Shown: positions 1-11,359, numbered from the whole stretch's first letter. The stretch is DNA of 63,654 nucleotides, filler included, from Octopus bimaculoides (GCF_001194135.2; 5 parts of 4 records of this genome joined end to end with filler, not necessarily neighbours in it), one strand, 5' to 3'. The notes: generated by a model not told the origin, from the sequence alone. Numbers and translations: made by a program.

Positions 1-51
<51 letters not shown>

Positions 52-578
52 GATCTATGTATATCTGTGTGTGTATCTACATATTTATCTTTATCTCTGT
101 CTATATATGTATGTATATCAGTGTGTGTTTGTGTACACACACACACACATATATGTATGTATTTTACATTCGTGTGTATGTGCGCGCGGGCACATACACC
201 TCCATAAATAGTTATTCTCTCTGTGTCCCACAAGTAGAGCAGTGTTTAACTTTGTTTAAAGGTTTAAATCCTGCTTCATTTGGTGTACGTGTTTGTATCT
301 GTCCTCTTTACTTGAGATCTTGCTTTGTGTGATTCCTACACATCTACTCATCCCACGGACGGACACACACACATACATGTGTACGCACATGCACATTCAT
401 ATATACACAATTGTGTGCACACACACACACACACACACACAGCACACCATGCACATACAATATGCATACATACACATATACACACATACATGATGACAAC
501 ACATACACTCACTCATGCCTACACACATGCACACATACATATGCACACACACATGCACACACATATGCACGCACACAT

Positions 579-612
<34 letters not shown>

Positions 613-750
613 GCACATGTGCAATCACGTACACATGCATACACACTTATGCACACAGGATCACATTAGCATGCATGCATACACATTTACATATACAGAT
701 GCATACATGCACATATACACACTACACACATCTACTCACACACACACACA
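1..750. repeat. (TA)n followed by degenerate (CA)/(TACA)n microsatellite field
   Basis: Directly visible dinucleotide and tetranucleotide runs; the H/T-rich and C/V-rich ORFs here are repeat translations. Confidence 0.95.
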
Positions 751-894
751 TCAAACCTAAATATTTGTAAAGACAATGTAACTTTTGTAAAATATTAAAG
801 CATTTTTCATTTTCCCACTGATATATTTTCCTCCTCTTCCTCCTCCTCCTCCCTGCCCTCTTTCTTTTGAGAGTGTTTTGGCTACTATTTCTAG

Positions 895-1270
895 CAGGCC
901 AAGCTATGTGGTTAAGAAGCCGTGACTTCAGGATCAGCCCCACTGTAGGTCACAATGGGCAAGCGTCTTCTATTATAGCCCTGAGTCGACCAATGCCTTG
1001 TGAGTAAATTTTGGTGGACAGAAATAGTATGGAAGTCCATCACACACAAACACACATGTGGATGTGTGTTTGTGCTTAACCCCACCACCATTTGACAGCT
1101 AATGTTGGTTTGTTTACATCCCTGTCATTTAGCAGTTCTGCAAAGGAGGCTGCTGGAACCAGTGCTGATCTTAAGAAATAGGTATTAGAGTTGATTTGTT
1201 TCACTAAAACGTTTCGAGGCAGTACTCCAGCATGGTCGCAGTCTAATGACTGAAACAAAACATAAAAGAT
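895..1270 (+). mobile_element. tRNA-derived SINE, family A (OR-type octopus SINE-like), degraded
   Basis: Head TGTGGTTAAGAAGC, internal CA/TG tract, tail CTCCAGCATGGTCGCAGTCTAATGACTGAAACAAAA; colinear with the copy at 1634. Confidence 0.75.
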
Positions 1271-1633
1271 GATTGTGGTAAGAAGCTTGCTCCTCACATT
1301 GTTCCAGGTTCAGTCCCACTGTGTAGCACCTTGGGCAAGTGTCTTCTACCATAGGCTCAAGCCAACCAAAACCTTGTGAGTGGATTTGGGAGACGGAAAC
1401 TGAAAGAAGCCCATCATGTGTATATGTGTGTGTGTTGTCTTTGTCACCCCCCTCCCACCTCTGCTTAACAACCAATGTTGGTGTGTTTATGTCCTTGAAG
1501 CTTAGCAGTTCAGCAAAAGAGACTGATAGAATAAGTACCAGGTTTGAAAAAAAAAATGTCCTAGAGTCAATTTCTCTGGTTGAAACCCTTTAAGAGAGTG
1601 CTCCAGCATGGCAGCAGTCAAATAACTGAAACA
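1271..1633 (+). mobile_element. SINE family A copy
   Basis: TGTGGTAAGAAGCTTGC...GGTTCAGTCCCACTG head; tail CTCCAGCATGGCAGCAGTCAAATAACTGAAACA. Confidence 0.85.
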
Positions 1634-2025
1634 GGCGCAAGAGTGGCTGTGTGGTAAGTAGCTTACTTACCAACCACATGGTTCCAGATTCAGTTCCACT
1701 GCGTGGCACCTTGGGCAAGTGTCTTCTTATAGCCTAGGGCCGACCAAAGCCTTGTGAGTGGATTTGGTAAACGGAAACTGAAAGAAGCCCGTCATATATA
1801 TGTATATGTATATATATATGTGTGTGTCTGTGTTTGTCCCCCCCAACATTGTTTGACAACCGATGCTGGTGTGTTTACGTCCCTGTAACTTAGCGGTTCA
1901 GCAAAAGAGACCGATAGAAGAAGTACTAGGCTTACAAAGTCCTGGGGTAGATTTGCTTGACTAAAGGCGGTGCTCCAGCATGGCCGCAGTCAAATGACTG
2001 AAACAAGTAAAAGAGAGTAAAAGAG
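1634..2025 (+). mobile_element. SINE family A, full length and well preserved
   Basis: GGCGCAAGAGTGGCTGTGTGGTAAG head with A/B-box-like motifs, internal (TA)/(TG) tract, GTAAAAGAG-repeat tail. Confidence 0.92.
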
Positions 2026-2511
2026 TGAAGAGATAATAAAAGATTTCGCGTCCACTCTTTCTGCCATCGTTTTTTTTCCCCCCATGTATGTGTGGTGGGG
2101 GGTGATGGCTGCTACTTCCAGTAAGTCACAAAACTCTTGTTCAAGAGCTTTGTGAACTTTTTTCAAATCGGCATGAGTGTCTGAATATCACCAGATGAGT
2201 GTTTAATGCCATTGTAAACTTGACTCATAGGCTCTGATAGTAGCCACAGTGGAGGGCCTTTATAATTGATTTTATCTCTTTCATAGCATATTTCTGTTGA
2301 AAAGCACTGTCTTCGTTTTGATGAATTTGGAAAGTAATAAGGAGTTTAGTTAAATAACTTTGTCGTTATTAACCCTTTAGCATTTAGACTGGCCACATCC
2401 TGTCCAAATATTCTCCCTATTTTATGTTCAAATTGGACAGATCCAGCCTCTCACACCTACCCTTTGACGTCATTCTAAAAATAATCAGTCATCGAAATCT
2501 CAAACCGTGAG

Positions 2512-2922
2512 TCATAGTTGTGGTTGATGACAAGCCATGTGAATGGCACCCGTGAGCTGTGGTTGTTGAGGGTACCATGTAAAGGGTGCCTGTAAATCAT
2601 CTTGATTGTTGCCGGTGCCATGCAAATGACACCCGTGAATCGTAGTGGTGGTCGCTGCTGGTGCCATGTTATATGGCACATGTGCATTGTATTCGTGGTT
2701 GTGGTTGTTGCTGATGTCATTTAAATGGCACTTGTGCCAGTGGCACATAAAAGCACTCATTACACTCCTGGAGTGGTTGGCATTAGGACAAGCATCCAGC
2801 CGTAGAGACCATGCCAAATCAGACTGGAACCTGGTGCAGCCCTCCAGCTGGCCAGCCCCAATCAAACCATCCAACCCATGCCAGCATGGAGAGCAGACAT
2901 TAAATGATTATAATAATAATGA
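2512..2922 (+). mobile_element. SINE-like element with RTE-type 3' tail and internal hairpin minisatellite
   Basis: GGAGTGGTTGGCATTAGG...CATCCAGCCGTAGA...CCAACCCATGCCAGCATGGA...TTAAATGAT tail ending in (ATA/ATG)n; repeated GTGCCA-N-TGGCAC units upstream. Confidence 0.7.
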
Positions 2923-3332
2923 AATTATTGTGTCTAGTGCTCAGGTGCACTACAATTCATCAAAGGTGCATGTACAGGAGATAGAATTATGTAGAAAAGT
3001 CAGCAAAGGGAACAGTGTATGAGTCGATGTCTCAGCAGCTAACAACTGATGCAGGTAGTTTGTTCCCTGCTTCAGCAACTTTGAGTGTGAAAAAATGCTT
3101 CCGAAAGTCATGGGAGCTGTGCTGTTTTCTGACTTTGTAGGCATGCCCACATGTGTTAGACACATGGGGCTGAAAAAGGTGCTCAAGGTGGTTGTTGACA
3201 TGATGGTTAATAATTTTGTGGGTGTTTACCAAGTCAGTTGCCAGACGTCGGAGCTTCAATGTATCCATGCTCGGTAGATGCCTGATGGAAGGTATTTCCT
3301 CGGTTGCATGTCTCTGAACAGTTTCCCAGATG
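2915..3332 (-). mobile_element. CR1-clade LINE 3' end fragment
   Basis: Minus translation TLKLRRLATDLVNTHKII...TCGHAYKVRKQHSSHDFRKHFFTLKVAEAGNKLPASVV matches the CR1 ORF2 C-terminus (TRGH..KL...RKHFFS.RV...WN.LP); ends in an (ATT)n tail. Confidence 0.9.
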
Positions 3333-3481
3333 GTGAGATAATGCATGATAAATCCTAAACAATGTGAATAAATAATCTTTACATTTGACAGATTAATCTG
3401 AATGCCAAAGGGTTAAACTGGTATTTGGAAAATAAGTTAACATAAAATTTTGATGGAAGGTTTTGATTTAGATCACTTTAA

Positions 3482-3982
3482 CCCTTTTGTTACCATATTT
3501 CCGTTGAAATACACTGGCTTCGTTTCAAGCCCGTCATATATATATATATGTGTTTGTGTGTGTGTGTGTTTTTGTGTGTGTGTGTCTGTGTCTCTGTGTT
3601 TGTCCCCCCAATATCACTTGACAACCGATGCTAGTGTGTTTACATCCCCGTAACTTAGCGGTTCGGCAAAAGAGACCGATAGAATAAGTACTAGGCTTAC
3701 AAAGAATAAGTACTAGGCTTACAAAGAATAATCCTGGTATCGATTTGTTCTACTAAAGGCAGTGCTCCAGCATGGCAACAGTCAAATGACTGAAACAAGT
3801 AAAAGAGTAAAGAGTAATTTGTTAAAATAACTTTATCATTAAACTGGTGTTTGGAGCATAAATTAGCATGATGTATTCATGGAAGATTTTAATTCAGATC
3901 ACTTTGAGACTGGGAGCTTTTACTGTTGGTACCATGGGACCTCTCTTGGTCCCATGGTACCTACCCCTTAGTATCAAAAGGG
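3482..3982. mobile_element. piggyBac-type MITE (type 2) with TTAA TSD, interrupted by a SINE
   Basis: TTAA at 3478-3481 and 3983-3986; TIRs CCCTTTTGTTAC / GTATCAAAAGGG. Confidence 0.88.
3528..3813 (+). mobile_element. SINE family A, 5'-truncated, with an internal ~24-bp tandem duplication
   Basis: Matches the 3' two-thirds of 1634-2025; AATAAGTACTAGGCTTACAAAG occurs twice at ~3683-3725. Confidence 0.88.
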
Positions 3983-4107
3983 TTAATAATGAAGAATCCA
4001 TTGTAATTAGTGAAAGTTTAATGCTGTGTGTAGAACAATTTCAACATTTATTCCCACTTAGTGTATGTTTATATATCAACACTGCTATTGGCTCTGGCAC
4101 AGCCATC

Positions 4108-4255
4108 TTTAATAATCCTTTTTATTATAGGCACAAGGTCTGAAATTTGAGTGAGGGGAGGGTAGTTGATTACATCGACCCCCAGTGTTCAACTGGTACT
4201 TAATCTATTGACCCTGAAAGGATGAAAGGCAAAGTCAACCTTGGTGGTATTTGAA
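4108..4255 (-). mobile_element. SINE family B (CORE-like) fragment
   Basis: Reverse complement of GTTGACTTTGCCTTTCATCCTTTCAGGGTCAATAGATTAAGTACCAG and the CCTTGTGCCTATAA tail. Confidence 0.85.
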
Positions 4256-4260
4256 AGTAA

Positions 4261-4320
4261 TCTATAATAACAAAAGTGAAATTCTGGCTGTCCGTCCGTC
4301 CGGGACCCCTGTATCTCGGT
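4261..4320 (+). mobile_element. Possible Helitron/HINE 5' end
   Basis: A|TCTATAATAACAAAAG...CTGTCCGTCCGTCC resembles non-autonomous Helitron 5' termini; a weak hairpin at ~4744-4758 might be the 3' end. Confidence 0.35.
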
Positions 4321-5322
4321 CTATATTTGCTTTACACAGACATATTATACCATTTTAGAATCAGGATGATTCCGGGATTGAAAATCTGCCCTTCATTTGG
4401 TTCTTGAACATCAGCATTGGGATCTGATTTAAAAGCATTTGGGTTGCTATTTCTAGCAGGTAAAGCTTGGTAGATTCATGCCATCTTGGTTGGTGTTTGT
4501 CAGAAGATGTCGGAGATGAAGAGGGAGATAAATGACATTCGCTTTGTTAATTTTACATCCAGATAAGAACTTTGGGACAAATTGGCCAATAGTTGGAATT
4601 CAACTTGGGACTGCAACAATAGAATGATTTCATTACAGAATTAATTCTCATTCATCCATAACCTTCTGGGGCATATAGTTAGTATACACATATTATAGTC
4701 GTGCTATTTAGCTCTCTTTAGTTTTGGGTCACAGGCCCAATTAGCCCTCTGCAGGGGCCAGCTTGAAAGTCCACACAGAGTGTGGCTTTTAAGCTAATAT
4801 TTCGATAATAATAGTTTAAAAAGTTGCCATGATTCTCCATAAGGAATTAACTAGATTCCATGATTTCAGTCTGCTGTAACTTGTTTGTTGTTTAAAATTC
4901 GGAATAGGAAAAGTAAGAAAGCCAAGGAAAACTTCACCAAGGAAACAGAAAAAGAAAAAANNNNNNNNNNNNNNNNNNNNNNNNNNNNNNNNNNNNNNNN
5001 NNNNNNNNNNNNNNNNNNNNNNNNNNNNNNNNNNNNNNNNNNNNNNNNNNNNNNNNNNNNNNNNNNNNNNNNNNNNNNNNNNNNNNNNNNNNNNNNNNNN
5101 NNNNNNNNNNNNNNNNNNNNNNNNNNNNNNNNNNNNNNNNNNNNNNNNNNNNNNNNNNNNNNNNNNNNNNNNNNNNNNNNNNNNNNNNNNNNNNNNNNNN
5201 NNNNNNNNNNNNNNNNNNNNNNNNNNNNNNNNNNNNNNNNNNNNNNNNNNNNNNNNNNNNNNNNNNNNNNNNNNNNNNNNNNNNNNNNNNNNNNNNNNNN
5301 NNNNNNNNNNNNNNNNNNNNNN

Positions 5323-5650
5323 GCTTTCGCTGTCCATTCTCCTCAAACTCAAGCACCCTCCTCAGAACATGCTCCTCATCCCTCCCCAACACATGCCCAT
5401 ACCACCGCACTCCATTCGCCCTTCCCAGCCATTCCTCTGATTCCTCCAACCCCAGCATCCCCATCAAGTCCTCAGTCCTCCTCTTATCAAACAGCTTCAC
5501 CCCACACATTTCTCTCACCATTGCTCTCTCGGCCCTTCTCAAAATTGCCATCTCTCTCTCCCTCAGACACCATGTCTCACTCCCATACAGCATTGCAGCT
5601 CTCACACAACTCCTATACACCTTTCCTTTCGTTTTCAATGAGAACCTTTT
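5323..5650 (-). mobile_element. RTE-clade LINE ORF C-terminal fragment
   Basis: KGKVYRSCVRAAMLYGSETW...RAERAMVREMCGV...VRWYGHVLGRDE is the typical RTE C-terminus; continues into an N gap. Confidence 0.92.
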
Positions 5651-6812
5651 CACATACACACACATATTTTGATGTGTGTGTTTATCTCCACCACCACTTG
5701 ACAACCCATGTTGGTTTGTTTCCATCCCTACCACTTAGCAGTTCAAGCAACATTTTTGATACTCTGTTGTAGGTACCATAGGATTCTCAATAAGGAATTA
5801 ACTAGGTTCTATGATTTCTTCAATCTATTGTATCTTGTTCGCTTTTTAAAATTTTGAAACAAGCAGAAAAAAAAAACAACTAGGAAACAGAAAAAAAAAT
5901 AGGCGGCGGTGGATGAAACAGCAGAAAATGCGGGGAGAGGGAGCGATAAGCTGTACACCCAAGTCCAAATGGCATGTTGAGCCACGCCTTGTAGATATAC
6001 CTGCAAAGGTAGTGCTGTGGAGAATGGTCTGTGACACTCAATATCATACCCCCTCCCACATTGTGCGGTTCATTCTCAGACAAACTGAGGAAATCTGCAG
6101 GATTCCAAGAACCCCTGAGGTCTTGACGGTGACTGGCACAAACTGATAGTGGCTGGTCAGGTTCCTCTGTTTGTTAATCTTCCTCTCTTCTGCATTACGG
6201 GTAGCAATACCTGGGTATGCGGCTGATGTAGCAAGGTTAGAGCCAGAAAATGTGCCACAGCACATCGCGTCCCAGACTAGAGATTTGTCTTCCTTGTATG
6301 GGAAGAGGGTCATTCTGTTGGAGCGCTTACCAATCCCCCCCCCCCCTCCGCAGTCAAGACCTACTGGCTCCAGTTGTGATGGGAGGTCAGCCCCTTCTAA
6401 TTATGTCGTTCAGAGCAGTGTGTAAGGAAACCCAAGTCTGAACTGTTGGGGTGTTTTTTTTCTTTTGATTTGGTGTTGTACAGAGGAAAGAAACTCTTAA
6501 GGTAGCTGCTGTTATTGCCGCTGCTGTTACTGTTGCTGCCGACTGATTTTCAGAAGCTGTCTGTCTAATTGGTATGAATTAGGGAGAAGAAAGATAAACA
6601 ATAAAATAGAAATAAGGTAAAAAAAAACAACAAAAAAAGCCTGGCATGAAATGTTTTTTTTTTCAGCAGGTATAATTTTTAGTTGGTTGAGGTAGGTTTG
6701 AAGCAAGTTTGGGTTTAAATAATTAAAAAGTTATTTATAAATTTAATCTTGATATTAGTCTGGTAGTTATTTTAGGTCAAACTTCAGACAGGTTACGTAT
6801 GTCAGACTAACC

Positions 6813-7196
6813 CAGGGGTACTCAACCGTTTTTTGCCTATGGATCCCTTTGCTTCTGTTTTACTCAACTGGACTTCCATAGACATTCGATGTTTAAACAA
6901 TCTTATTATTATATTTTTATAATTAAATATTTTCAGGAAATGTGTTAAATAAATTGTTTAAATATTATGAAAATATCTTCTGTCTTCTATCTTTTACTTG
7001 TTTCTGTCATTAGACTGTGGCCATGCTGGGGCACTACCTTAAAGGGTTTTTGTTGCACATATTGACCCCAGGACTTGTTTTTTTTCTATGACTAGTACTT
7101 ATTCTATCAGTCTCTTTTGCCAAACCACTAGGTTGTCAAACAGTGGTGGGGGGGACAAACATAAACACAGACAAACACACACTCACTCCACTCACT

Positions 7197-7233
<37 letters not shown>

Positions 7234-7578
7234 TCAGATACACACACAGACACACTCACTCACCCCCTCTCTCTCACACACACACACACACACACTCTCG
7301 CACACACACACTCTTGCACACACATACATTTACACACATTGTTACAAACACACACACACTCTCGCACTCACACACACACTCTAGTACTCACACACACTCT
7401 CACACACACACACTTACACACACATGTACACATACACACACACTCTCGCGCGCGCACACACACACACTCTCGCGCGCGCGCGCGCGCGCACACACACACA
7501 CACACACACNNNNNNNNNNNNNNNNNNNNNNNNNNNNNNNNNNNNNNNNNNNNNNNNNNNNNNNNNNNNNNNNNNNNN

Positions 7579-7640
<62 letters not shown>

Positions 7641-7888
7641 ACACTTACACAAGTATATACATATCACAGGCTTCTTCCAGTTTCCATCTGCCAAATCCAT
7701 TAACAAAGCTTTGGTTGGCCTGCCCAAGGTACCACACAGTGGGACTGAACCTGGAACCATTTAGTTGAGAAGCTTCTTACCACCCAACCATGCCTGCATC
7801 TACTGCAGAAGTGGAACCCGACTTTTTTTACAACAAAACTTTATGTAGACCCCTAAGGGCCATATGGACCCCCAGTTGAGAACCACTG
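6813..7888. mobile_element. hAT (Charlie-type) MITE interrupted by a SINE
   Basis: TIRs CAGGGGTACTCAAC / GTTGAGAACCACTG; flanking 8-mers GACTAACC (6805-6812) and GTCTAGCC (7889-7896) match 6/8 and resemble the NTCTAGAN target. Confidence 0.8.
6962..7797 (-). mobile_element. SINE family A, near full length, internal (CA)n expanded to >500 nt
   Basis: Tail at 6962-7165 and head at 7665-7797 in reverse orientation, separated by a CA/CG microsatellite and a gap; approximate TSD ATCTTCTG / ATCTACTG. Confidence 0.85.
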
Positions 7889-7967
7889 GTCTAGCCTGTT
7901 AGTGACCACCCAGTGTCTCCTGGTTATAAAGAAAAGGGCGAATGGCTATACTTCACCCTCACTCACT

Positions 7968-8800
7968 ACCTTTTATCCTTAACTTGTTAATCATTGGGCT
8001 GCGGCCATGCTGGGGCACTGCCTTGAGGGGTATTAATCAAGCGAATCAAACCCCAGTAGTTGTTTTTCTTTAAATCCTGGTACTTATCTGTCTATATCTA
8101 TCTGTCTGTCTGTCTGTCTGTCTGTCTGCCTATCTATCTATCTATTCATCTATCTATCTATCTATCTATTCATCTATCTATCTATCTATGTATCTATCTC
8201 TCTCTCTCATTATCTATTTATCTATGTATCTATGTATCTATGTATCTATCTATCTATCTTTCCCTCCCCCTCTCTATCTATCCATCTAATTAACCATCTT
8301 CCTCCCCTCTTTCTCTCTATCCATCGTTAAACAACAGATGAGAGTTTTGCAGTTTCTTGTTAAACAGCCTGCACAGATGTTTACCAAATGTTTGGGTGGC
8401 ACATAGGCTCATTCCCTCCATCAGCACGACATTGCCTGTACAGGTACCCAAGTTTGCCACACATCAGATATCAAAATTATCAGAAAACCATGTAGAATGA
8501 AGGGTTTTGCTCAAGAACACAACTCACCAACCGGTCCAAGAATTGAACCCAAGATCTTGCATTTATGAGTGTAACACCCTAATCACTAAGCCAAATGCCC
8601 CTCACACACACACACACACACATGTCTGATGGGCTTCTTTCAGTTTCTGTCTACCAAATTAACTCATAAAGATGTGATTGGCCTGAGGCTATAGCAGAAG
8701 GCTCTTGTCCAGGGTTACATACCAGTGGGGTGGGACTGAACCTGGGACCATGTGATTGGAAGCAAACTCCTTAACGACAAAGTCATGTCTACACTTATAT
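7968..8800 (-). mobile_element. Cluster of SINE fragments (family A tail 7968-8090, family C head ~8490-8595, family A head ~8628-8790) with (TCTA)n at 8087-8285
   Basis: Reverse-complement matches to the SINE motifs seen elsewhere in the window. Confidence 0.7.
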
Positions 8801-9450
8801 GAATATATAAAGAGGCACTTAAACACACACACATACACACGGACAGGGTTTTTTAGTGAACTGTCACCCACTTATGTTCAATAACACACACACACTCTCT
8901 CTTTCTTTCTCTCTCTCTCACACACACAAATACACGCACACACACATGCATGACATGAATTGTGAATTTTTAATTGTTTTCTAGCTGGCAATCCTTAAAT
9001 TTCTAATAATTTGTGCCTTTGTGTGTGTGTGTGAGACTCTTTGTCTAATGAGTGAAGTGCGTGCTGTAACTTTCCTCTGGGAATGCTTTCATTAGTATTG
9101 TTTGGCCGACAGAGACAGATCGACACNNNNNNNNNNNNNNNNNNNNNNNNNNNNNNNNNNNNNNNNNNNNNNNNNNNNNNNNNNNNNNNNNNNNNNNNNN
9201 NNNNNNNNNNNNNNNNNNNNNNNNNNNNNNNNNNNNNNNNNNNNNNNNNNNNNNNNNNNNNNNNNNNNNNNNNNNNNNNNNNNNNNNNCCTTTTCTTTAT
9301 ATATTTTAAAACCATTTTGTGATTGTTTTTTTTTTGCAAGCTGTTTATATATATATATATGTGGGTGTGTGTGTGTATAGCATCTGATGTGTAATATTAC
9401 TATAATATATATAAAGTCTTATGTTCTATATATGTATTTTATCTAGAAGT

Positions 9451-9642
9451 TTTCTTTTTTCTCCAGAGGAGTGGTGTGGGTGATATGTAGGACTAACAAC
9501 CTATGACAGGAAAGTGTAAATGTGAGGGAGAGTGAATTGGCTGCTATTTCTAGCTGGTAGAGGGACCATATCTAGAGGTTCCTCATCCATCTGGGTTTGA
9601 CTCTAACAAGCTGACTGACTCCTAAACTTCTTTTGGGTTGTC
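9451..9642. repeat. ~190-bp direct duplication, copy 1
   Basis: Near-identical to 10936-11126. Confidence 0.95.
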
Positions 9643-9699
9643 TTATGTGTGTATGTATGTGTATATGTATAAAGTATCTTGTGTGTATATATTTGTATG

Positions 9700-9761
<62 letters not shown>

Positions 9762-10019
9762 CAGTTGTGGTTTATGTATGTGTTTAGATGTATATACAAA
9801 TATATATGTATGTTTATAGAAGTGTGAAGGGTTTAGTTCACTGGTGATCTAAATGAATAGGTACACTATAGGTTCCAAGTTCACAGCTGAGGCTGGAGCT
9901 AGGGATCCATTGTAGGTTTCTGTGTTAGCAGGTATGTATTATATTAGAAGAAAAAAGACAACAAAATCCAAGTCCGGGCAGGTATCTCAAATCATTTAGA
10001 ATATTTAATTAGAGTATGG

Positions 10020-10345
10020 TAAATTTGAAGTCTTACAGCTGTTTCTGGGATATCCTAAGTAATGTCCAAACACTGAGTATTCCATCATCAGAGACAAGGT
10101 GAAAGTTCTAGACAGAGAAATTCGCAGTTTATAAGGAATAAGAGAGAAGAAAAAATAATTCCTTCCTGGTAAAGCCAATGTATTCCTCAATAATCAGTGA
10201 ATATATGTTTTCAGTTTTATCTGAGAAGACGTACATTTAAGGTGATGAAGTAATCCATTTGATAATTTGAGAAAGATGTTTTTGGAATGAATGACTTGAG
10301 GTACTCGTCCTGCCTTGGTTTTTGTTGTGTTGTCCTTTTCATCTA
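10020..10345 (-). mobile_element. Penelope-like 3' end / pLTR fragment, with an inverted partial copy at ~9945-10005
   Basis: Contains a hammerhead motif; 10285-10345 (minus) aligns with 9945-10005 (plus), as expected for Penelope inverted partial repeats. Confidence 0.5.
10030..10095 (-). ncRNA. Type I hammerhead ribozyme (Penelope-type, palindromic stem III)
   Basis: Minus strand GTCT-CTGATGA-TGGAATA...TATCCCA-GAAAC-AGCT-GTA-AGAC: intact core, GUA triplet, GTCT/AGAC stem I, ACAGCTGT palindrome. Confidence 0.8.
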
Positions 10346-10366
10346 ATATATATTTGTTTATATATA

Positions 10367-10581
10367 CAGTAATCCCTCGACTATCGCGGATGTTTATTTC
10401 CAAAACCCCCTTGCGATAGGTGTGAATCCATGAAGTAGAAACAGTACTGAACTGTATATTTTTAAAATCATTTTTATAATTTGTATATATTTATTTTGCT
10501 ATAAATGCAAAATGAAGGAATCAACGTAAGCTTAAATAATAAACTGCAATAGGTGAACCACCATGTGGCGAGCAATTACTG
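10367..10581. mobile_element. Tigger/pogo-type MITE
   Basis: TA|CAGTAATCCCTCGACTATCGCGG ... CCATGTGGCGAGCAATTACTG|TA; imperfect TIRs and TA TSD. Confidence 0.85.
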
Positions 10582-10753
10582 TATATATAATATGTACATA
10601 TGTATGTTTATGTGTAATGTATAATATGTATGTTTGTGTAATGTATAATATGTACATATGTATGTTTGTGTATGTATATATAATGTATATGTATGTTTGT
10701 GTATGTATATATAATGTATATGTATGTTTATATAAGTATATATATATATATAT

Positions 10754-10820
<67 letters not shown>

Positions 10821-10935
10821 TGTACACACACAAACACAAAGATGCTATTGTTGTGTTTTAACTCCAGATCAGTGTTGGTGATGGAGCAGACATAATACAC
10901 AAGACATTCCAGTTGTGGCCATCCAGTTTTGTTTT

Positions 10936-11126
10936 TTCTTTTTTCTCCAGAGGAGTGGTGTGGGTGATATGTAGGACTAACAACTTATGACAGGAAAGTG
11001 TAAATGTGAGAGAGTGTGAATTGGCTGCTATTTCTAGCTGGTAGAGGGACCATATCTAGAGGTTCCTCATCCATCTGGGTTTGACTCTAACAAGCTGACT
11101 GACTGCTAAGCCTCTTTTGGGTTGTC
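10936..11126. repeat. ~190-bp direct duplication, copy 2
   Basis: Near-identical to 9451-9642. Confidence 0.95.
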
Positions 11127-11328
11127 AGTCACCATGAGTACAGGGAGCAAGCTGAGGAAAAGAACTCTGTGTGTGTGTGTGTGTGTGTGTATGTGTGTAT
11201 GTGTATGTGTGTGTGTGTATGTGTGTGTGTGTATATATAATACACACATACTGTGTGTATGTATGTATATATGTGTGTATATATATATATTATATATATA
11301 TAATACACTCACTGTGTTTGTATGTATG

Positions 11329-11359
<31 letters not shown>

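Larger units (their letters stand above)
2373..3412. mobile_element. piggyBac-type MITE (type 1) with TTAA target duplication, interrupted at 2512-3332
   Basis: TTAA at 2369-2372 and 3413-3416; ends CCCTTTAGCATT / AATGCCAAAGGG are inverted repeats. Confidence 0.85.
2285..3481. mobile_element. Outer MITE (type 2) relic, split by later insertions
   Basis: 2285-2372 plus 3417-3481 join into a sequence colinear with the body of the copy at 3482-3982 (CATATTTCTGTTGAAA...AAATAACTTTGTC...TTAA|ACTGGT...GATCACTTT). Confidence 0.7.

Noticed and set aside
2060-2330. Exon candidates (plus MAATS|gtaagt; minus THADLKKVHKALEQEFCDLLE)
   Set aside because: Each lacks one convincing splice site and any recognisable domain.
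2530-2760. CRISPR array
   Set aside because: Eukaryotic context, no cas genes, related spacers, and location inside a SINE.
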